NCBI RefSeq assembly: GCF_001194135.2
Contig: NC_068981.1
Location: 108,281,151-108,345,150, forward strand
DNA from: Octopus bimaculoides
Lineage: Eukaryota
Length of the DNA stretch: 64,000 nucleotides
Direction of reading: 5' to 3'
Part shown: positions 12,991 to 27,655 of the stretch, piece after piece
Position numbering within the stretch: position 1 is the first letter of the stretch
How the letters are laid out: the number at the start of each line of letters is the position of its first letter
The notes under the pieces: generated by a model
Databases searched by the model: none
What the model saw: only the letters and a program-made list of their open reading frames with translations
What the model was told of the DNA's origin: nothing
Translations under genes and position numbers: made by a program

Positions 12991-13220
12991 TTAGGGAATT
13001 TAAATTTCTGATAATTTGAAATGCTTACAAATGCCAACAAAATTTATGTACTTGGTTATCATTTCCTGCAAGACTTCTTTTAGTACCCAAGAAATTAAAA
13101 TGCAATTTAAAAAAAAAAGTTATAGAAAATATATACAAAATAAATGAAGTATGCAAAAAATTAGAAAGATTCATCCATTTAAAAATATTTTATACTAAAA
13201 AATAAAACAAACCGAAAACA

Positions 13221-13572
13221 GGACGATACAAGGGGCGGTAATTTGCTTTTACTAATCAGGTATTATTAATGATAAGAGGGGCCTAATAGTAATTATATGA
13301 TGTATAATTTATTTTCTCTGTAAACTGAAAATAAAAATTACAAAACTTGCATACGTCTTAAACATATTTACTCTATTTTATTTCTGTCGTATATTACATC
13401 ATAAAATGGGCGACGGTAATGCGAGTGCACACCACCTAACCCTAACGAGTGTGTACAGTAAAAAAAAATCTGATTAAAAACAATCAAGAATTTGCAAACG
13501 ATATTGTCGGGCTCTTCGCATCATTAATAATACCCGACTGGTAAAAGTAAATTACCGCCCCTTGTATCGTCC
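13221..13572. mobile_element. MITE, 352 bp, with ~53-bp TIRs
   Basis: GGACGATACAAGGGGCGGTAATTT... at 13221 and its reverse complement ending at 13572; non-coding interior. Confidence 0.8.
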
Positions 13573-14084
13573 GATATGTTTATATTCCACGGGTGCCCGT
13601 TTCTGTTTTATATTTTAGTATAAACTAATAGATGAATCTTTCTTTTTTTCTTTTTCTTTTTTTGCATACATCATTTATTTTGTATATATTTTCCATTTTC
13701 ATAACTTTTTAAAATTGCATTTCATTTTCTTGGAGAGGTGCGTTTCTAAAGGAGCGTCGTGTGTTTTTGTTTTTTTATTGTATAATTTAAAAACATTTTT
13801 TTTTTCAAGGACAAATATATCATTCTGTATAGAAATAACATTTATACGACACCAGAATAAAAGAATATTTAATACTATACAAAATAGATTTGAAATTGTC
13901 TTCAATTCAAAACGAGGAAGAATCTGAAGACTAATTCTTGCACTTGCCATGGAAAAGAGTTTGGAATTGAAAATCTTGTGAAAGTACAATGCTAATACTG
14001 CCACTATTGAATACATTTTAGTTTCATTGTTTTCTCAGATATTCTGCAATAAAGCTATATAAACTACATTGAATATTGAAGAAA

Positions 14085-14295
14085 TATTCTTTCTACTAAA
14101 GGCACAAGGCCTGAAATTTAGGAGAAGGAACTAGTAGATTACATTGATGCCAGTGTTCAACTAGCATGTATTTTATTAACTTTGAAAGGATAAAAGCTGA
14201 CCTTTGTAGAATTTGAACTCAATACATAAAGCCAGTAGAAATGTTGCTAAGCATCTTGTCCAGCATACAAATGATTCTGCCAGCTTGCTTGCTTT
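14085..14295 (+). mobile_element. Short interspersed repeat, second family
   Basis: GGCACAAGGCCTGAAATTT...ATTTGAACTC...TTCTGCCAGCT. Confidence 0.7.
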
Positions 14296-14646
14296 AAGTA
14301 TTGAAGCAATACTAAGATTTGAAATTGTAGTCTTATAATTTCAATTTCCATTTTGACATCTATGATAAAGCTGGCAATAAGCTGGCAAATATAGCTATTA
14401 CAAACATATAAATATTTTTATGTTTACTATATTTGAACATTGTTGACATATTGTAAGTACTTTTTGTTAAAGTACATCATTCCAACAAGCATTCAATAAG
14501 GAATAACTTGTCTGAAAATAAACACAGATTACACTTGCAACCAACATCAATATTGTTGCAAGACCAATAATAAATGTAGAGAAACAGTACTGACTTCACC
14601 CACTTACACTGTAGCCACCACCAGAGTTTAAAATGACATTCTAGAG

Positions 14647-14873
14647 CAGTGATTCTCAGCCTTTTTTTGCCAGTATTCTTTGATTCCTATTTTACAGTAC
14701 TGGGCCCCCATAGTCGTTTGATGTGTAATAAAAAGAAATCTCACTGTATTTTTATAAATAAACATTAGGAATTGTATAAAAAATATATATACATTTTGTA
14801 TATTGCACATAAATTTTAACAACAAACTCTATGGACCTCAAAGGGCCATATGGATACCAGTTGAGAACCCCTG
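14647..14873. mobile_element. hAT (Charlie-like) MITE, 227 bp
   Basis: TIRs CAGTGATTCTCA / TGAGAACCCCTG; 8-bp TSD TTCTAGAG / CTCTAGAG (7 of 8 match). Confidence 0.85.
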
Positions 14874-15964
14874 CTCTAGAGGTTTAAATGTTCACAAGGC
14901 TGAAAATTATTAAATTAATCAAAAGGATCAGTCTGGTATCTAGCTTGTATCTATTTATCTCTCAACACACATGCACAAGATTCTGCAATGTAATGGACAA
15001 GCATACAAGAAATGTCCAGACAGTGGAGAACAGAATGTACTTCGTGCAAATTCATAGCTGCATGTTTTAACATATAGCATGGTTCTCATCCAAGTGCAGT
15101 TATAGTATATCTGAAGCAATAGATTTCTAAGTTGCATGTGACATTTTTGACTGCTGACTGTTTTTTTTTACTCGAATCCTGTTTGTGGTCAGTATTCTTT
15201 CTCATTCTCAAAAACTGAATTCTTAGGATTTCTTTTTATCCAGAAAATACTGGTCAACTGAGTGGCCTTATAAAGTTGGCCATTTTTATGTTTCTCCATG
15301 GGTTAATGTTGCCTAATTCAATGATGTTGGCTGCAGTCAGTTGTTGTTGCTCTCTACCCATGGTAACGGCACTGAATTCTCAATGGTCCAATCCCATCTT
15401 ATAATTTCGTAACATAGAGAAGATATAAACATCACAATTCTTTTTAAATCTTCAAAAAGCAACCATAAATTCTAGTATTCTTCTCTCGGGAAATACTTAA
15501 GTCTGCATACCATCCACTTGATTAGCAAAGGCCCTTGCATCAACTCACGGCAACCTCTGGCCTACAGATACATTGCCTTCTCATTCAGCCTATTCAATCA
15601 CTTCTACAACAGCCTCTACTTAATTTGTTAGGTGCTAACCCAATCCTTTTAACCCCTACCCCCATCTCTTTCCTTATATTAATCCTACTCTCTACCCCAC
15701 TTTCTTCTCTTCCATAATGTCAGGCAATTGAAATGTCTCTTTTGAAGTCCTTGATATACAAATTTTCAAACTGAACATCAACTGTAATTATCTGACCGGT
15801 CTTGAAGTGCCTTCAAGGCTTTGATCATTTCTACACAATAAAACATAAAAACAAGACATATCCTCCTAGGGTAATGTAGATGTCTTACAGTCTAACTGCT
15901 GTGGCATAATTGTATCTAAGCCATCAAAATACTAAGTCAAACATGCAACACAGCATGGTTATGA

Positions 15965-18900
15965 ATAATCATTGTCATCAACATTGAATGTCCTTTTTCC
16001 ATGCTGACATGGGTTCGACAGCTTGACAGGAACTGGTAAAGCCAGAGGCTGCACCAGATTCCATAGTCTGTTTTGACTTGGTTTCTTTGGCTGGATACCC
16101 TTCCCAATGCCAACCACTCCACAGTATACTGAGTGCTTTTTATGTGGCACCAGTGCTTTTTACATGGCACCAGCACCCACACCAACACTTTAATGTAGCA
16201 TCTTGGTTTTCAGACCTCAATTATCTTGGTCCTTTGTCATCTCCTCTGCAAAGTTCAGCGTTTTGAGATCGACCTTCAAAACTTCATCCTATGTATTCTT
16301 GAGTCTCCCTTGTCCATAACTTACCTCTACTTTAAGTGATCAGCACTTCTTTATGTAACTGTCCTCATCCATATGCTTCACATGACCAAACCAGTGCAGT
16401 CTTCTCTCTTGCACACTGCATATAATTCCTCTTGTTCCCAACCTCTCCCTCAATACACCAATGCTCTGTCACACATGCACACTGACATCACGCATCTAGT
16501 AGAGCATACCAGCTTCATTCCTTTCTAATCTTTGCATGTCCTCTGCATTCAGGGCCCACATTTCACTACCATGCAGCATCGCAGTTCATATAATCTTTCC
16601 TTCACTCAGAGTGAGAGAGACCTTTGGTTGCCAAAGAGGTAAAAGCTCTCTGAACATTCTCCATCCTATTTTTATTCTAGCAGTTACACTTTCTGTACAA
16701 GCTCCTCTACTGCTAATTAGGTCACCTAGATAGCAAAAATTATCTACAACTTCCAGAGATCCACCAGGACATTTAAGGAAATCAGTTTCTTGTGTATTTG
16801 TGGTCTTTATGGTTCCCTTACATCTTCTCTGTTAATCTTCCAACTATTTCACTGCACCTCTTGTGTGTCCATAGCTTGCACTGGGTACACCAGATGGAAT
16901 TTCTGCCTACACCCATCCTACATATGGAGCAGGGTCACTTACCTGATGGGTGAAGGGTCCTGTTTAATTTCTTGGTGACTAGGACCTTGGTCTTTGCTAA
17001 GTTTACTTTAAGACCCTTAGATTCCAGGTTCTGTTTCCACATCTGGAATTTCTTTTCTAATTCTATTAGAGATACTGCTATGAGGGCAAGATCAGCAACA
17101 TATAGGAATTCTCATGGGCTTCTAGTCTTAAATTCCTCTCTTGTGGCCTGGAGGACAATGATAAATAGGAGGGGCTGAGGACCAACCTTGTACACCTACC
17201 ATCACTACTATCATCAGTGTACCCATGGCCAACTCTTACTTTATTAACAGCACCCCTGTACATGGCCTGTACTGCTTTCACAAGCTATTCATCTATCCCT
17301 TGCTTCCTCAGGGACCACCATATTACAGAGCAGGATACTCAGTTGAAGGCTTTCTCTAGATCAACAGATGCCAAGTACAACAACTTGTTCTTAACTAAAT
17401 ACTTCTCTTGCAGTTGCTTGACTATGAAAATAGCATCAGTGGTGCTTCTTCGCGATGCAAAGCTGAACTACATTTCATCTTGTCTAATTCTGTTCCTAAT
17501 TAATTGGGCTTATAACTCTCTCCACATCTTTCATCACTTGGTCTAGCAATTTGATACCTCTATAATTACTTCTATCTAAGGCATCTGTCTTGTCCTTGTA
17601 GCAGCTGACTATAATGCTGCTGCAACAGTCACTAGAGATTACATCTTCCTGATTAACTATACAGATGACTATACTGTATCCAATTCAACCCGATATCTTG
17701 AGCATCTCGGTAGTGACTCCTGATGGGCCAGAGGCCTTCCTTGTCTTCATATCTTTAATTGCCTATCTATCATGCTGCTGTCAACTAGGATAGCTGGTCC
17801 CTCTGTTGGGTTCATTCTCTACATTTAATAGTCTCATAGTAGTTCTTGCATGTGTTCCTTTTCAGGATCACTAAGAGCAAGCATACCATTATCTGTCCGT
17901 ACACACTTCTCTCTTGATTCTCTCTAACAGACTATCTGGCATCCAGAACACTGCAAGTCTCTGATCTTCATGCTGTAAGACTTAGGCAAATCTCTTCCTT
18001 TCTACTTCTGCCCTTGCTAGATATACCTGACATCTAGTTTCTCTTTAGGCTATGGTTCTCTACAATCCCCACTCTTCCAGGCCCTTCTCTTCTCTTTTAA
18101 AGCCCTGTCTACCTCACTGTTCCACCACTATGTCACCTTTGCTTCAACCACAAATTTGTTTTGTTTCCCCTTAGTTGATTGTCCCATAAGAACTTCCAGT
18201 TGTCCTCTGCCATATGTCTCTATCTCTACCTCTTCATCAAAGGCTTCATTAACCCCTTGCAGATGGGAAGTGGTACTGACCACATTGAAACACTGTGTGT
18301 GAGCAGTGCCATGTCTTGCTCTGTGTGGCACTGTGTTTTCAAATATACCACCCTGAACAGCCTAATACTTGTATACAGCACAGACTGTCAGTACTAAATC
18401 CGTCTGCAAGGGGTTAAGGATATCTCTATATCTGTGTCCATTTAAGCTTCCAGAGCCTCCTTTCCCATATTGGTTCGTGTCTCAGCATCCTTCAAGCTTT
18501 AGTCCAAAGTCATTAACCTCTAACCTATGATGAGTTGTACATTCTTCACCTGGGAAAGACTTTGCATTGAGAATATGCCTGTCTCTGTTTCTGGTGAGGA
18601 TGTAGTCCATCTGGCTCGTGTGCCCACCAGATTGATGGGTGATCAGATGGCTGGTAGGTTTCCTGAAGTTGGTGTTGCATACCATTAAGTCATTTGCATC
18701 CCAAAATTCCAGCAGTCTTGTTCCCTCCTCGATTCTGGATCCAAACCCATAACCTCCATACATGCCATGAAAACCAACACATTCTTTTCCAATATGACCA
18801 TTGAAGTCTCACCTGCTGAAGGGATTTATAGAAATGGTCCTTCTGAATATCTGCAAGTCTGACATGTGGTGTGTATGCAGGAATAAATGACATTGTTACA

Positions 18901-19290
18901 TTAAACAGGACTAATATTAGCATAATAATCCTATCACACAACCTGACTACCTCAATCACCTTATCCACCCATTTCTCTGCCAAAAGAATACCTACACCAC
19001 CTAACCCATCATTGCTTTCCACCCAGAACTTGTATCTATGTATCTTGCCCATGAGCCATCTTGCTGAGTCTTCTTTCCATCATACCTCTTGCACACACCT
19101 CCACTCAAGCATTTCAAGCATTTCAACAATCTCACCAGACCTACCTTTCATTATGCCGACATTGATTGTGGCAGCTCCATGCTTGTGAACCTGAGATGCT
19201 TTGGAGGCAAGTTGTTGGGGATGTTTTCAGCACTCGGAAAGATTTTAATGGTCTCTTGCCTAAAGGCAATGGGTCCTTAAGCTTGGTGTA
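15965..19290 (-). mobile_element. Near full-length degenerate RTE-clade LINE (APE endonuclease plus RT)
   Basis: INVGIMKGRSGEIVEML, GGVGILLAEKWVDKV, YGGYGFGSR, QMDYIL, downstream RT remnants, 3' terminus ...CAGCATGGAAAAAGGAC with a GAT-type tail; many stops. Confidence 0.9.
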
Positions 19291-20779
19291 AGCAGTTACA
19301 GGTACAGGTTGTAGCATGGATTACAATTACAATTTCCTTCAGTCTTGTAAAGCCTTCATGGATACTCAACAATGGGAAGGAAGGGAGCATATAAATTAGA
19401 ATTTTTCATTATTATTATTAAGGTTACAATTATTTTTCAGCAATACCACACACACATAATGATAATATATATGTACTTCTAAATCATCACCAGTGTCACA
19501 TTGTAGACATATATACACAAACATACACTAATATACATAAGTGTGTACACATATTATGCAGTGTCCCTGTAAAAATGTAACCTTTGGATAAAGCACAGAA
19601 ATTGCAGTAGTTGAAAGTATTGAAGCTCCTCTAGTTTATCCATTTGTTATATTTTACAGCAAAACATATTGAATATGATTTCTGGACACGTACACATGTA
19701 TATATATTTCTTGCAATGAGATTAAGGAAAGCATTCATAAACTTAGTTAAAACAATAATAGCACTTTAAACATCCTATACATCACTTTAATCTTTGAAAA
19801 TAGCACAATTTACCCTTAAAGAAACTTCAGGAACAAAATACATTACATCGAAATCAATTGCAATCATTCCATCCATCATTCTTAGGAAACTTTGTCAAAA
19901 CATTTTTTTTGCAACCGTCAAACAATTCTTTAGATATAACCTCATTCAATAAATCACCTAGTATTTATTATGACACTTAGTGGTTTTAATGACAAAATTC
20001 AATATACAGCAAGTAGTTGGAGCTAGTAAATCCATATAGAGATCAAATGCAGAACCCAGAGCAATATGGTTACAAAGCCAGCATCTTAAACAACCCTAAC
20101 CATGTGGCCATGCTGTTGCTATTTTAGTTATTGTATTTGTAAAACTGTTAGAGGTTTGGGCAAGATGCTTTACAGTGTCTGCCTCTGCTCTTTGCATTCT
20201 GACAGTTTGTAATGACATGGGTGTCAGGCTGTATCAAGTCCAAGTCAACAGCCTTTTTCCTTGGATAAGCATGAATGGCAAGTAGAACACAAACTTGCAT
20301 GTATGGGCAGCTGTTGTCTTCCTCAAAATATCATGCTCAGGTCTGCATACACATGTGCAGATGCATGAACAACATTATTCAATGGAGATCCTACATAAAT
20401 ACATATACAATATAGTGGTTCGGAATTTCAGGTTAAGAACTAAAGCTGTTGACTATAGACTTCGCACATGCTACGAGTAAATATCAAATTCTGTTAAAGA
20501 GGTGAACATATTTAATAATGTTCTACATGGCTGAGATCATATGGGATAAACCTTCCAGTGACATTGGTACCTACTTTTCAGCATTGAAATGACTATGAAA
20601 ATATATGTAAAAGTTTGGTGGACAGATTGATAAGATACAAAAAGCATACTCATTATCATGCATTTCTGACCAATTACCATGGTTATCCATTGTACAAACT
20701 TATTTTTAAAGTAATTTTATAAATACTCTTAGACCAGTTAGACTGATGTAGCTAATATTAGACTTAAGCTCTTACATCT

Positions 20780-21250
20780 ATAAGTTGATGACTGCAGAAA
20801 GGGAATTCATCAAGAGGGTTACTGTTCTGGGAATGAAACATGAGAGATGAAATAGATGAGTTGGATATATAATTGTGAAAAGTAGACAGCATTTAAGTAG
20901 CTGTAGAAGGGGTAGAGTTAGGAAACAGTGTGTCTGGATGAGTAGTTGAATTGTGTTGGTGTACGACTCATCTTCAATCAATCAGATAGATTTTTTTTTG
21001 GATATGTTCAGAAAAGTTCAAGTATCTGCAGCACTAGCCAAGTTGTAGAACAGTATTTTGTTGTAGAGTCTTTCGTGGGATTTATAAAAATTCAGCCACT
21101 GTTCAGAACTGAAGACCCTTCTGGACCCAATGAGGAAGGCTAGTCTTCAGAGATTTTGATATGTTATGAATGTAAGATTGTCAGAAAAGATCATCAGTGA
21201 TTGCAAGGCCTAACATTTATAATGACTTTGAGGGTTCTAGTTGCTTGTTG
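20780..21250 (-). mobile_element. CR1/Jockey-group LINE 3' fragment
   Basis: Translation includes KYCSTTW and the terminal SCFIPRTVTLLMNSL, similar to the SF.PRT..LWNSL end motif. Confidence 0.55.
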
Positions 21251-22469
21251 CCCATAGGTGATTAATTACAAAACAAAGAATTAAATATATTAATGCAGAG
21301 AGATGAAAGTATCTGACTGTAATGTTCGGTGTTCTCTCTCAAAGCACAAACATTATCCAATATTTTGCTATTTTATTTCTTCTGAATTAAGCCAACTGCT
21401 GAAATGCAGAGTTATAGATTGGAGTTTTTAAACTTGGTAAAATAACAGCCAAATCTCCTACAAATCACACCTAACCATTCTAAAAATGGGACACATCGGA
21501 TAATGTAATCTTAGATATACTATGTCTGAAAAAAGTTAGAATGCCTTTTGATCATGGGTTTACTAAATATGGGCTCATCTGTTTCTAGATAACAACTGAT
21601 ATAGTATTGACTCATTAGCAAAAATTTGTAGATTTAAATGTGATTTGAATATGAAATGAAACAGCTGTGTGAATGTTATGACTTTAGGTTGACCAGAAAA
21701 CCTTATTGTTTGTCATTAGCAAGTAACTAATAAGGAAAATAGATATTGCAACAGCCAAAAGGACTTGAAAAATTGCTTAACTTCTAATATTTGAAGGTAT
21801 TCAAAAAATTAAATATCTGTTTTGTTTTTCAGCAAATGTAGAAGCATTTTAAACTCATATAATAAAGCAGACATATTAGATTTTAACAAAAAAAGTGAAT
21901 TGCAGATATCATGCTAAGCTAGTGTATAGGTAGTGACTATGGAAATAATTGAACGATTAGTAATAAAACCCGGTCAAAATTCCATTTAAAGAGGAAAAGA
22001 AATCTGAAGAAATGCAAAATAAACAATTACAGAAAATGTAATTAGGAATTTTCCTGTTCTAGAACCCAAGGGAGAGTACTCAACCATTACTTCTCAAACT
22101 AAAATACTTCACCTTCACTATCAGCATAGGTAGAAAAAAATAAGCAAAACATTAAAGTGTTGAATTAAGTAAACTATTTAGATTCCTGTCTAAGTGAATT
22201 GACCTTTCATTCGTTAGTTTCAATAAAATAGATATCCATTATATATACGAGTATGTAAATACAATATTTGCTTATATCTATAAATTATATTCTTTTGATG
22301 CAGCCTTGGATGTTTTGTATAGCAGTAGCATTGTCCTGGATATGAGAGAAGTATTACAATGTGGATTTTTCTTGTGCTTTTATAGAAGTCAACAGTTATT
22401 TTAGGCTGAACTAGTTTCTGAATCAGAAAGGCCAATCTTTAGAATGCAGTTTTTGCCATATAATAATCC

Positions 22470-22640
22470 TTTCTACTATAGGCACAAGGCCTGAAATTTT
22501 AGTGGAAGGTGGGAGTAGTTGATTAAATCAACTCCAATGCTAGTACTTATTTTATCAACCTCAAAATAATAAAAGACAAAGTCAACCGTAGCAGAATCAT
22601 TCTGTCCAGTGTGCTAATGACTCTGCCAGCTTGCCACCTT
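22470..22640 (+). mobile_element. Short interspersed repeat, second family
   Basis: GGCACAAGGCCTGAAATTTT...AAAGTCAACC...TCTGCCAGCT. Confidence 0.7.
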
Positions 22641-25600
22641 TTTTTCTAGGTCAAGTGGGATCACCAGACCAAGACTAGGGAGAGTATGTACAATAATTAT
22701 GTATCTACTTTTGAAGGAAACAAAACTGTCAAGTTGCCATTGGAGAATGTTTTGAGAATCTCTAAAACTCAAATTTCCAAGGAGAGGATATGACTGGCAT
22801 TTCAGGTCATGATTTTGATCATTAATGAAATTGTCAGTTCTCATGTACCTACCACTAGTAAGAGAGAAAAATGTATCAAAGGAATACTAATTAAATACCA
22901 TTGAATATGCCAACACATTCCAAATGATTAAAGTATGCAGTAATTTTAAACATTTGAATTTTGTACCATCACCACCACCACCACTACTAAATGAAATAAT
23001 GTAAAAGTGAAAAATGTATGTTTTAGAAAAAATAAATTTGCAAGTTTATTTTCTTTGTTTTAAAATGTGTACATTTGAAAGATTTGCATTACAGCATCAA
23101 AAAGAGGGGGAAAAAACTACAATTTTCTCACAGGAAGAAAAATAAAAAACAGTTTCAGTGTTTACTGCTTATATATAACCAAACACCATTGAAAGCATAC
23201 ATACAATAAAGTGTTGAAATTTTTGTGAAATACAATTTATATAACAAAGAATAGCTTTTTAACTGGCAATAACCACAATAAGATAGTTCTCACAGGCTTT
23301 TTTTTTTTAAATAACTTCTAATTAAAGAAAGAAAAAACTTAAGGACTTAAGTTTTTTTTCTTCACAAACTTTTGAAAGCTTTCAAGAAACTGGAGATTAA
23401 CTAGTAAAATTATTGATTCTATAACAATTAGGCAAACACTGCAGAATAATTGTAAACACCTTGTATACTAAGTCTGCAATATTTGTTTGATTCCTAGTGG
23501 AGTTTTTTCATTCCTTAATCTCTTATTCCTGTGATTTCTGACTAATATCAGGCTTGCAGAGAGGAATTCTATCTACCATGCTTACATGTCATCAATACAC
23601 AACATGAAGATTTCAGTGGCAATTAATGACCTAAGAAAAGTTAATTTCAATAACGTGTTACATGTGGTATACTCAAATCTGGATAAATGTCAAATGATTT
23701 GATATTGTATTTAGAAAATTATTGTTTAAATAAACTCCCTTACCGCCAACAAGTCTGATAACATTAATTTACTTTGACAAGGCACAGGATCAATTTTAAT
23801 AGATAGAAACTGAGTTGCTTCCTGTATTTATTTTTATTGACACTATAGAAATGAAATATTAAGTCACCCAGCCTTATTTTGAGCTCCAGTGAGCTACAAA
23901 TCAAATGTTAAAAAAAGAATTTAGACAGACGGAAATCATTTGTTACCAAATCCATTATTAGAATCCATGCAAGCAGAGAAGAATAAATTCTATGAAAACT
24001 TGAAACCAACTTTTGAGTGAAAGAATTTCACTGGTAATATCTTTTTATTTTAATGTGGAATGTGTGGCAAGAGAGTTTAGTTATGAGCTGTCTCATTGAA
24101 AACAAAGCATTTTCTGTATGACTTTCTACTATAGTTATTTTAATGAAGATAACGCAATAAGATTTAAGATTGGTTGGCTTTTACAGAAGGCACAAAGGCC
24201 ATTTATAAGAAATAAGAAGTTGCGAGGTCCTGTCTCTTCTAAGAGTATCAGTAATATAAGTTGAAGCAAAATCGTTTCAACCAAATATCAGTATTGTCAC
24301 AGTCTCACCTTGCTAGGAACTTATCATTGGCGCTATGGGTAAAAAATAAAGCCATATTAAAAGTAATATGTATATGTGTAAAATTTAATGGATATGATCG
24401 AGATAATCATGCACCAAACTAAGTGCTTTACAATATTAAATTTCTTTTCGATTCCAAATTTAAAAACCTTCAACTTTAGTAATCACTCCAAAGTCAAAAT
24501 AAGAACCAGTAGTAAATTACAATAAACTCAACAGACTATAAACTCGGCTAAACCCCCAAATTCACCTTTGTGCCTAGCTAAAGAAATGACATATATAAGA
24601 AGAGAAAGCTTTGAAACAAAATTATTTACAATTACCAAAGATGTGTTTATAGCTTTGATATTAAGGTTATAAATACAGGCATGCAATTTTTCAATTAATA
24701 AAGATAACATCTAGTGGGTGAAAGTCATAAACCAGATGCAGGCAGTAGACAGCAAAACTGCCTTTATAAATTGAACAAATTAGAGACTATGTTTAAAGCT
24801 GTAAAAAATACATCTTTGATAATCAAAACTTAAATCAATGGTGTGAATAATTTTGTTCCAAGCTATATTCAACACAATATGTTTTAAATGTATTATAATA
24901 CACTTGTGTACTTAAAATTTGTGCCTCTTAGAAAAAAATGTGAAACAAATAGTAATGCACAAATAAATCATGTGTAAAACATAATACTGAAACAGGACTT
25001 ATATATATTACGGTGTAATGTATCATTTTAAAATAAAAGACAGTGTAATACATGTCACCTTAAAAAGATTGGTTAACCTCATAAGAAGGAATAAATATGG
25101 TACCAAGAAGACAAGATGTCAAACTCATAAAATAGGTCCAAACTGAGCTCTTATGACATGTTAATTAATATACTCTTACATTTTTGGTTCAAAACAAAAA
25201 TTATATTGCTCCAGGACATACTTAAGCCAGCAGACCTGTTTGTACTATGTTTCTCAAAGTACTTTGAAACAAATATATAACCAGCACTGCAAAGTTATGG
25301 CTGATTTATAATTCATTCTAATAAAAGATTTTGTAAATAATTTTTTAAGAAATAAGCAGCCAGAACTGAAATTTAACTAAAAGTAATTTACAACATATAT
25401 CTTTAAATGCAAAAAAGATTATTCAACTAATAATATGCAAAATGAAAACTTGTGACAGAAAAAGAGAATGTGAAAATATTAAATATCATTCAAGAATTTA
25501 AGGTGAAAAATTTAGTAATACATATATAAACAGATATAAAATTATATATACTTCTTTAGAGTACTTGAAAATTTCTTCCTTCAGAGAAAAAAAGATAAAA

Positions 25601-27354
25601 ATATTGATACATAAACTGAAATATTTTTTTATTTGAAATTTCATAACATAACATGACTGTGAGAACATTTATTAAATTATAATTACCATGGGAGAATTAT
25701 ATTAAAAAAAAAAAAAAAGGAGAGCTTTAACTTATATTATCTCTCTCAACACATTTTGTCTTTCAACAATCTAAATTTTTTCAAATAGTAGGGTTGTCAC
25801 AAACTTGTGGGAAAAATTTGTATTAAGACATTTTTTTGATTCCCTTTAATTGCTTACTAAATGTAATTTGATTGAAAAAAATTAATTAATACATGTAAGG
25901 ATGCTCTTAAAAATCTAAGCTGCAAGTGTCAAACAACTTTATTTATGATGAATAACTTATAGGAAACTCATTTCTTTAAAGTACTAAACAGATATTGAAA
26001 TGAAATCCAATTGTATAGATTGGCAAGATTTGTTTATTAATTTTGTGAACTATTACATTAAAAAAGACTATGCCAAAATAAACGAAATGCAAAGAATTTT
26101 CTCACTGGCAAAAAAAAAGAAAAAAAAAAAGGGTTGGATAAAATAAAGTATTTTTTTAAAAAACAATATAACAATAAAAAGACTATAAATCTTGAAGGTT
26201 TCTTGAAAATGAGTAATATTAAGTTGTCCCTTTCATTCTCTAATAATCTCCAGGTCCATCATACCATGCCTACATACTTATGGTTTTTCTTCAAAGAGAA
26301 AAATCTGTCATCAGATGTGTGAACCATACCAGGAGGGAAAAGTATTATCTAGATAATTGTAATTATTTTTCATAATGTTTAGATTGTTAATTATAGAGAA
26401 CTTTAAAAAGGGTTTCAAGGAACAAAATTAAAATGTGCTGTTGTATAAAATGTTAGGAAAGAATAGAGGTAAGTGTGGCCAGCTTCCATCAAAGATGAAA
26501 TTCAATATGTTGGAGGAATAAATTACATGCTCTTTCAACTTTTCACTGGATACTCACAATATTAAGGATATAATACTTGGAGGATTATTGGAAAAAGATT
26601 CCTTTGACATTTTAAATGATTGATATTAAATATATCAATAAAATATCAATTGTTTTCAATAATGATATTTAGATGACCTCAACAAAATAACATATATTTA
26701 CTGATATATAAGATATTATAGACAATAAAGAATTATTTATGTTTGGGGTCTTATGTAAATAATGACGTGAATACAATTCTTTTCCAGGAAAATATGTATT
26801 GTTTGACTAATACCATGATGGCACATTACAAGTCACTGCTTCTGAAAGTTAGAGAGTTGGTTAGATGAATTTCAAGAAATTTGGAATAAGCAAATTATTT
26901 GAATGGAAAATACTGAGTAGTAAATAATTTTATATAGTTTAACATGATTGTCATGGCAGGGATGAAGACGAAATAAAATTAGAAACTAACTTATTGAACT
27001 TGCTAAATATATGAAGAAATAAAGAGTAACCAATGAAGTTTTATAGCCAGAGTTTTGTCTAAATTCTCAATTTAGGCAATTTATAAAGTCTAGGGGAAAA
27101 AATGCACTTGATTGTCAGCTTCTATTTTAAACGCAAAACTTTAATTTTATAAATGTTATTTAGGTGATGACAATACTTATCATATAATTCTAGAGTAAAT
27201 TTCATAGCTTTAATGATTTTGTTTTGGTAAATCATGATTGATGGATAACAGTTTCGAAGAGAAAGGAGAATAGAAAAACTCCTGTTAATGTATAACTGGC
27301 GACTAGGACTACAAATCTGAATTTGAGAGGCTATTATAACTTGATCACTTAGGT

Positions 27355-27655
27355 CTGGAGAACTGAACAAATGGTATCAATGTAACACAGTGTCAGTCGG
27401 TCAAGAGGTCTGGTAAACTGAGCTCGTGTTACTAATGTAGCCTGGTCAGTATGTCAGAGCTGAGCTAGAGATGTAGGTGTAGTCATCATTTAACGTCCGC
27501 CTTCATGCTAAATGATGATGATGACTACACCTACATCTCTAGCTCAGCTCTCCAGACATACTGACCAAGCTACATTAATAATACTAGCTCAGTTTACCAG
27601 ACTTCTTGACCAACTGACACTGTGTTACATTGATACCATTTGTTCAGTTCCCCAG
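27355..27655. repeat. Long inverted repeat (arms about 138-147 nt, 16-nt loop)
   Basis: Left arm ctggagaactgaacaaatggtatcaatg... matches the reverse complement of the right arm ...cattgataccatttgttcagttccccag, with about 7 mismatches and 2 small indels by manual alignment. Confidence 0.97.

Noticed and set aside
21107-21150. Short hairpin CTGAAGAC...GTCTTCAG
   Set aside because: Short, bulged and inside a LINE fragment; within chance expectation
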